Shown here in pieces: positions 63,241-64,000 of a stretch of DNA of 64,000 nucleotides (position 1 is the stretch's first letter; the number at the start of each line of letters is the position of its first letter). The stretch covers positions 129,690,771 to 129,754,770 of the forward strand of contig NC_068982.1 in assembly GCF_001194135.2 (NCBI RefSeq). The letters run 5' to 3'. Under the pieces are notes generated by a model, which searched no databases, was not told the DNA's origin, and was given only the letters and a program-made list of their open reading frames with translations. A program made the position numbers and the translations under genes. The stretch is from Octopus bimaculoides. Taxonomy: Eukaryota.

Positions 63241-64000
63241 GGCTATGGTAAAATATCACCTTGTTTGGAATCGTGATGGTTGGTGATAGGAATAGCATTC
63301 AATTATAGAAAATCTCAAACTGTTCAACCTAAGCAAGTAAGGAAAAGTGAATATTAAAATGATGATTATATATATATATATATAAAGATTCTTGTCAGAA
63401 ACAGTGGATATGATTTGTAGGTAGACTTAAATACCATATACCAAGTTCTAAGCCCTGTTATAAGAACAATAAATCATAATAGAACCCTTGAAAGTTGATT
63501 AAGAAAATCCCCTGATAATTTATGCCTGTTCTGGGTGATTTTAACAAAAGTTGATTGAGACAACTGGAGAATGGTCTGAAACTGAAAACTGGAGTGTCTT
63601 CCAACTGCCTTCTTTAGCTCATAAAAGGATTTGAACTCAAAGACCTGCTGTTAGCAATGAACTCAACCTATGCCTGAGTTGTAATCAATTTATAGATGGT
63701 ATGAGTAAACTAGCAAAAGTTTGCATGTTGACAGCATAGTTGAGGCAATAGTTATGAGATATGAACTGTTTGCTTTTCAACACCATTATCTGAATACTAT
63801 TGACAACCAGCTGTTACATTACAAATGGGAAATATATTTCCAGTTCCAAATGATGAGTTAGCAGTTATCTAGGTTTCTAATGTCATAGCACTCATCTGAT
63901 CAATAACTCGGTATTTTTGCAGGTTGTTTTTATGAGCTTTCCAGATAATAATGCTCAATATTTAGATTTTATCCACAGTAACTATTTATAAAGTAACACT

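Overview
AT-rich, repeat-dense animal genomic DNA with six N-gaps. The repeat landscape ((GAT)n-tailed RTE tails, abundant tRNA-derived SINEs) looks like an octopus/coleoid cephalopod; that is an inference, not a database result. The only host gene I can support is an ABCA-family lipid transporter, most like ABCA2, on the minus strand. Three phase-compatible internal coding exons (33708-33801, 16424-16535, 1065-1222) are separated by ~17 kb and ~15 kb introns; the first coding exon was not found. The rest is intronic and filled with decayed mobile DNA. Non-LTR retroelements include R4-like, CRE-like, two RTE lineages, CR1/L2-like fragments and a possible Penelope-type remnant with a degenerate hammerhead fold. 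There are at least three SINE families, including a seven-copy cluster. DNA transposons include mariner, maT-like Tc1/mariner and two hAT/Charlie MITEs. There is also a ~270 bp TTAA-flanked foldback element and a 142 bp solo-LTR-like insertion nested in the mariner. No intact autonomous element, CRISPR array, rRNA or tRNA gene is supported. The most interesting unexplained structures are a variable-copy ~65 bp hairpin array in the RTE 3' UTR, an RT-less RTE derivative, and several close inverted repeats that would make long intronic dsRNA.
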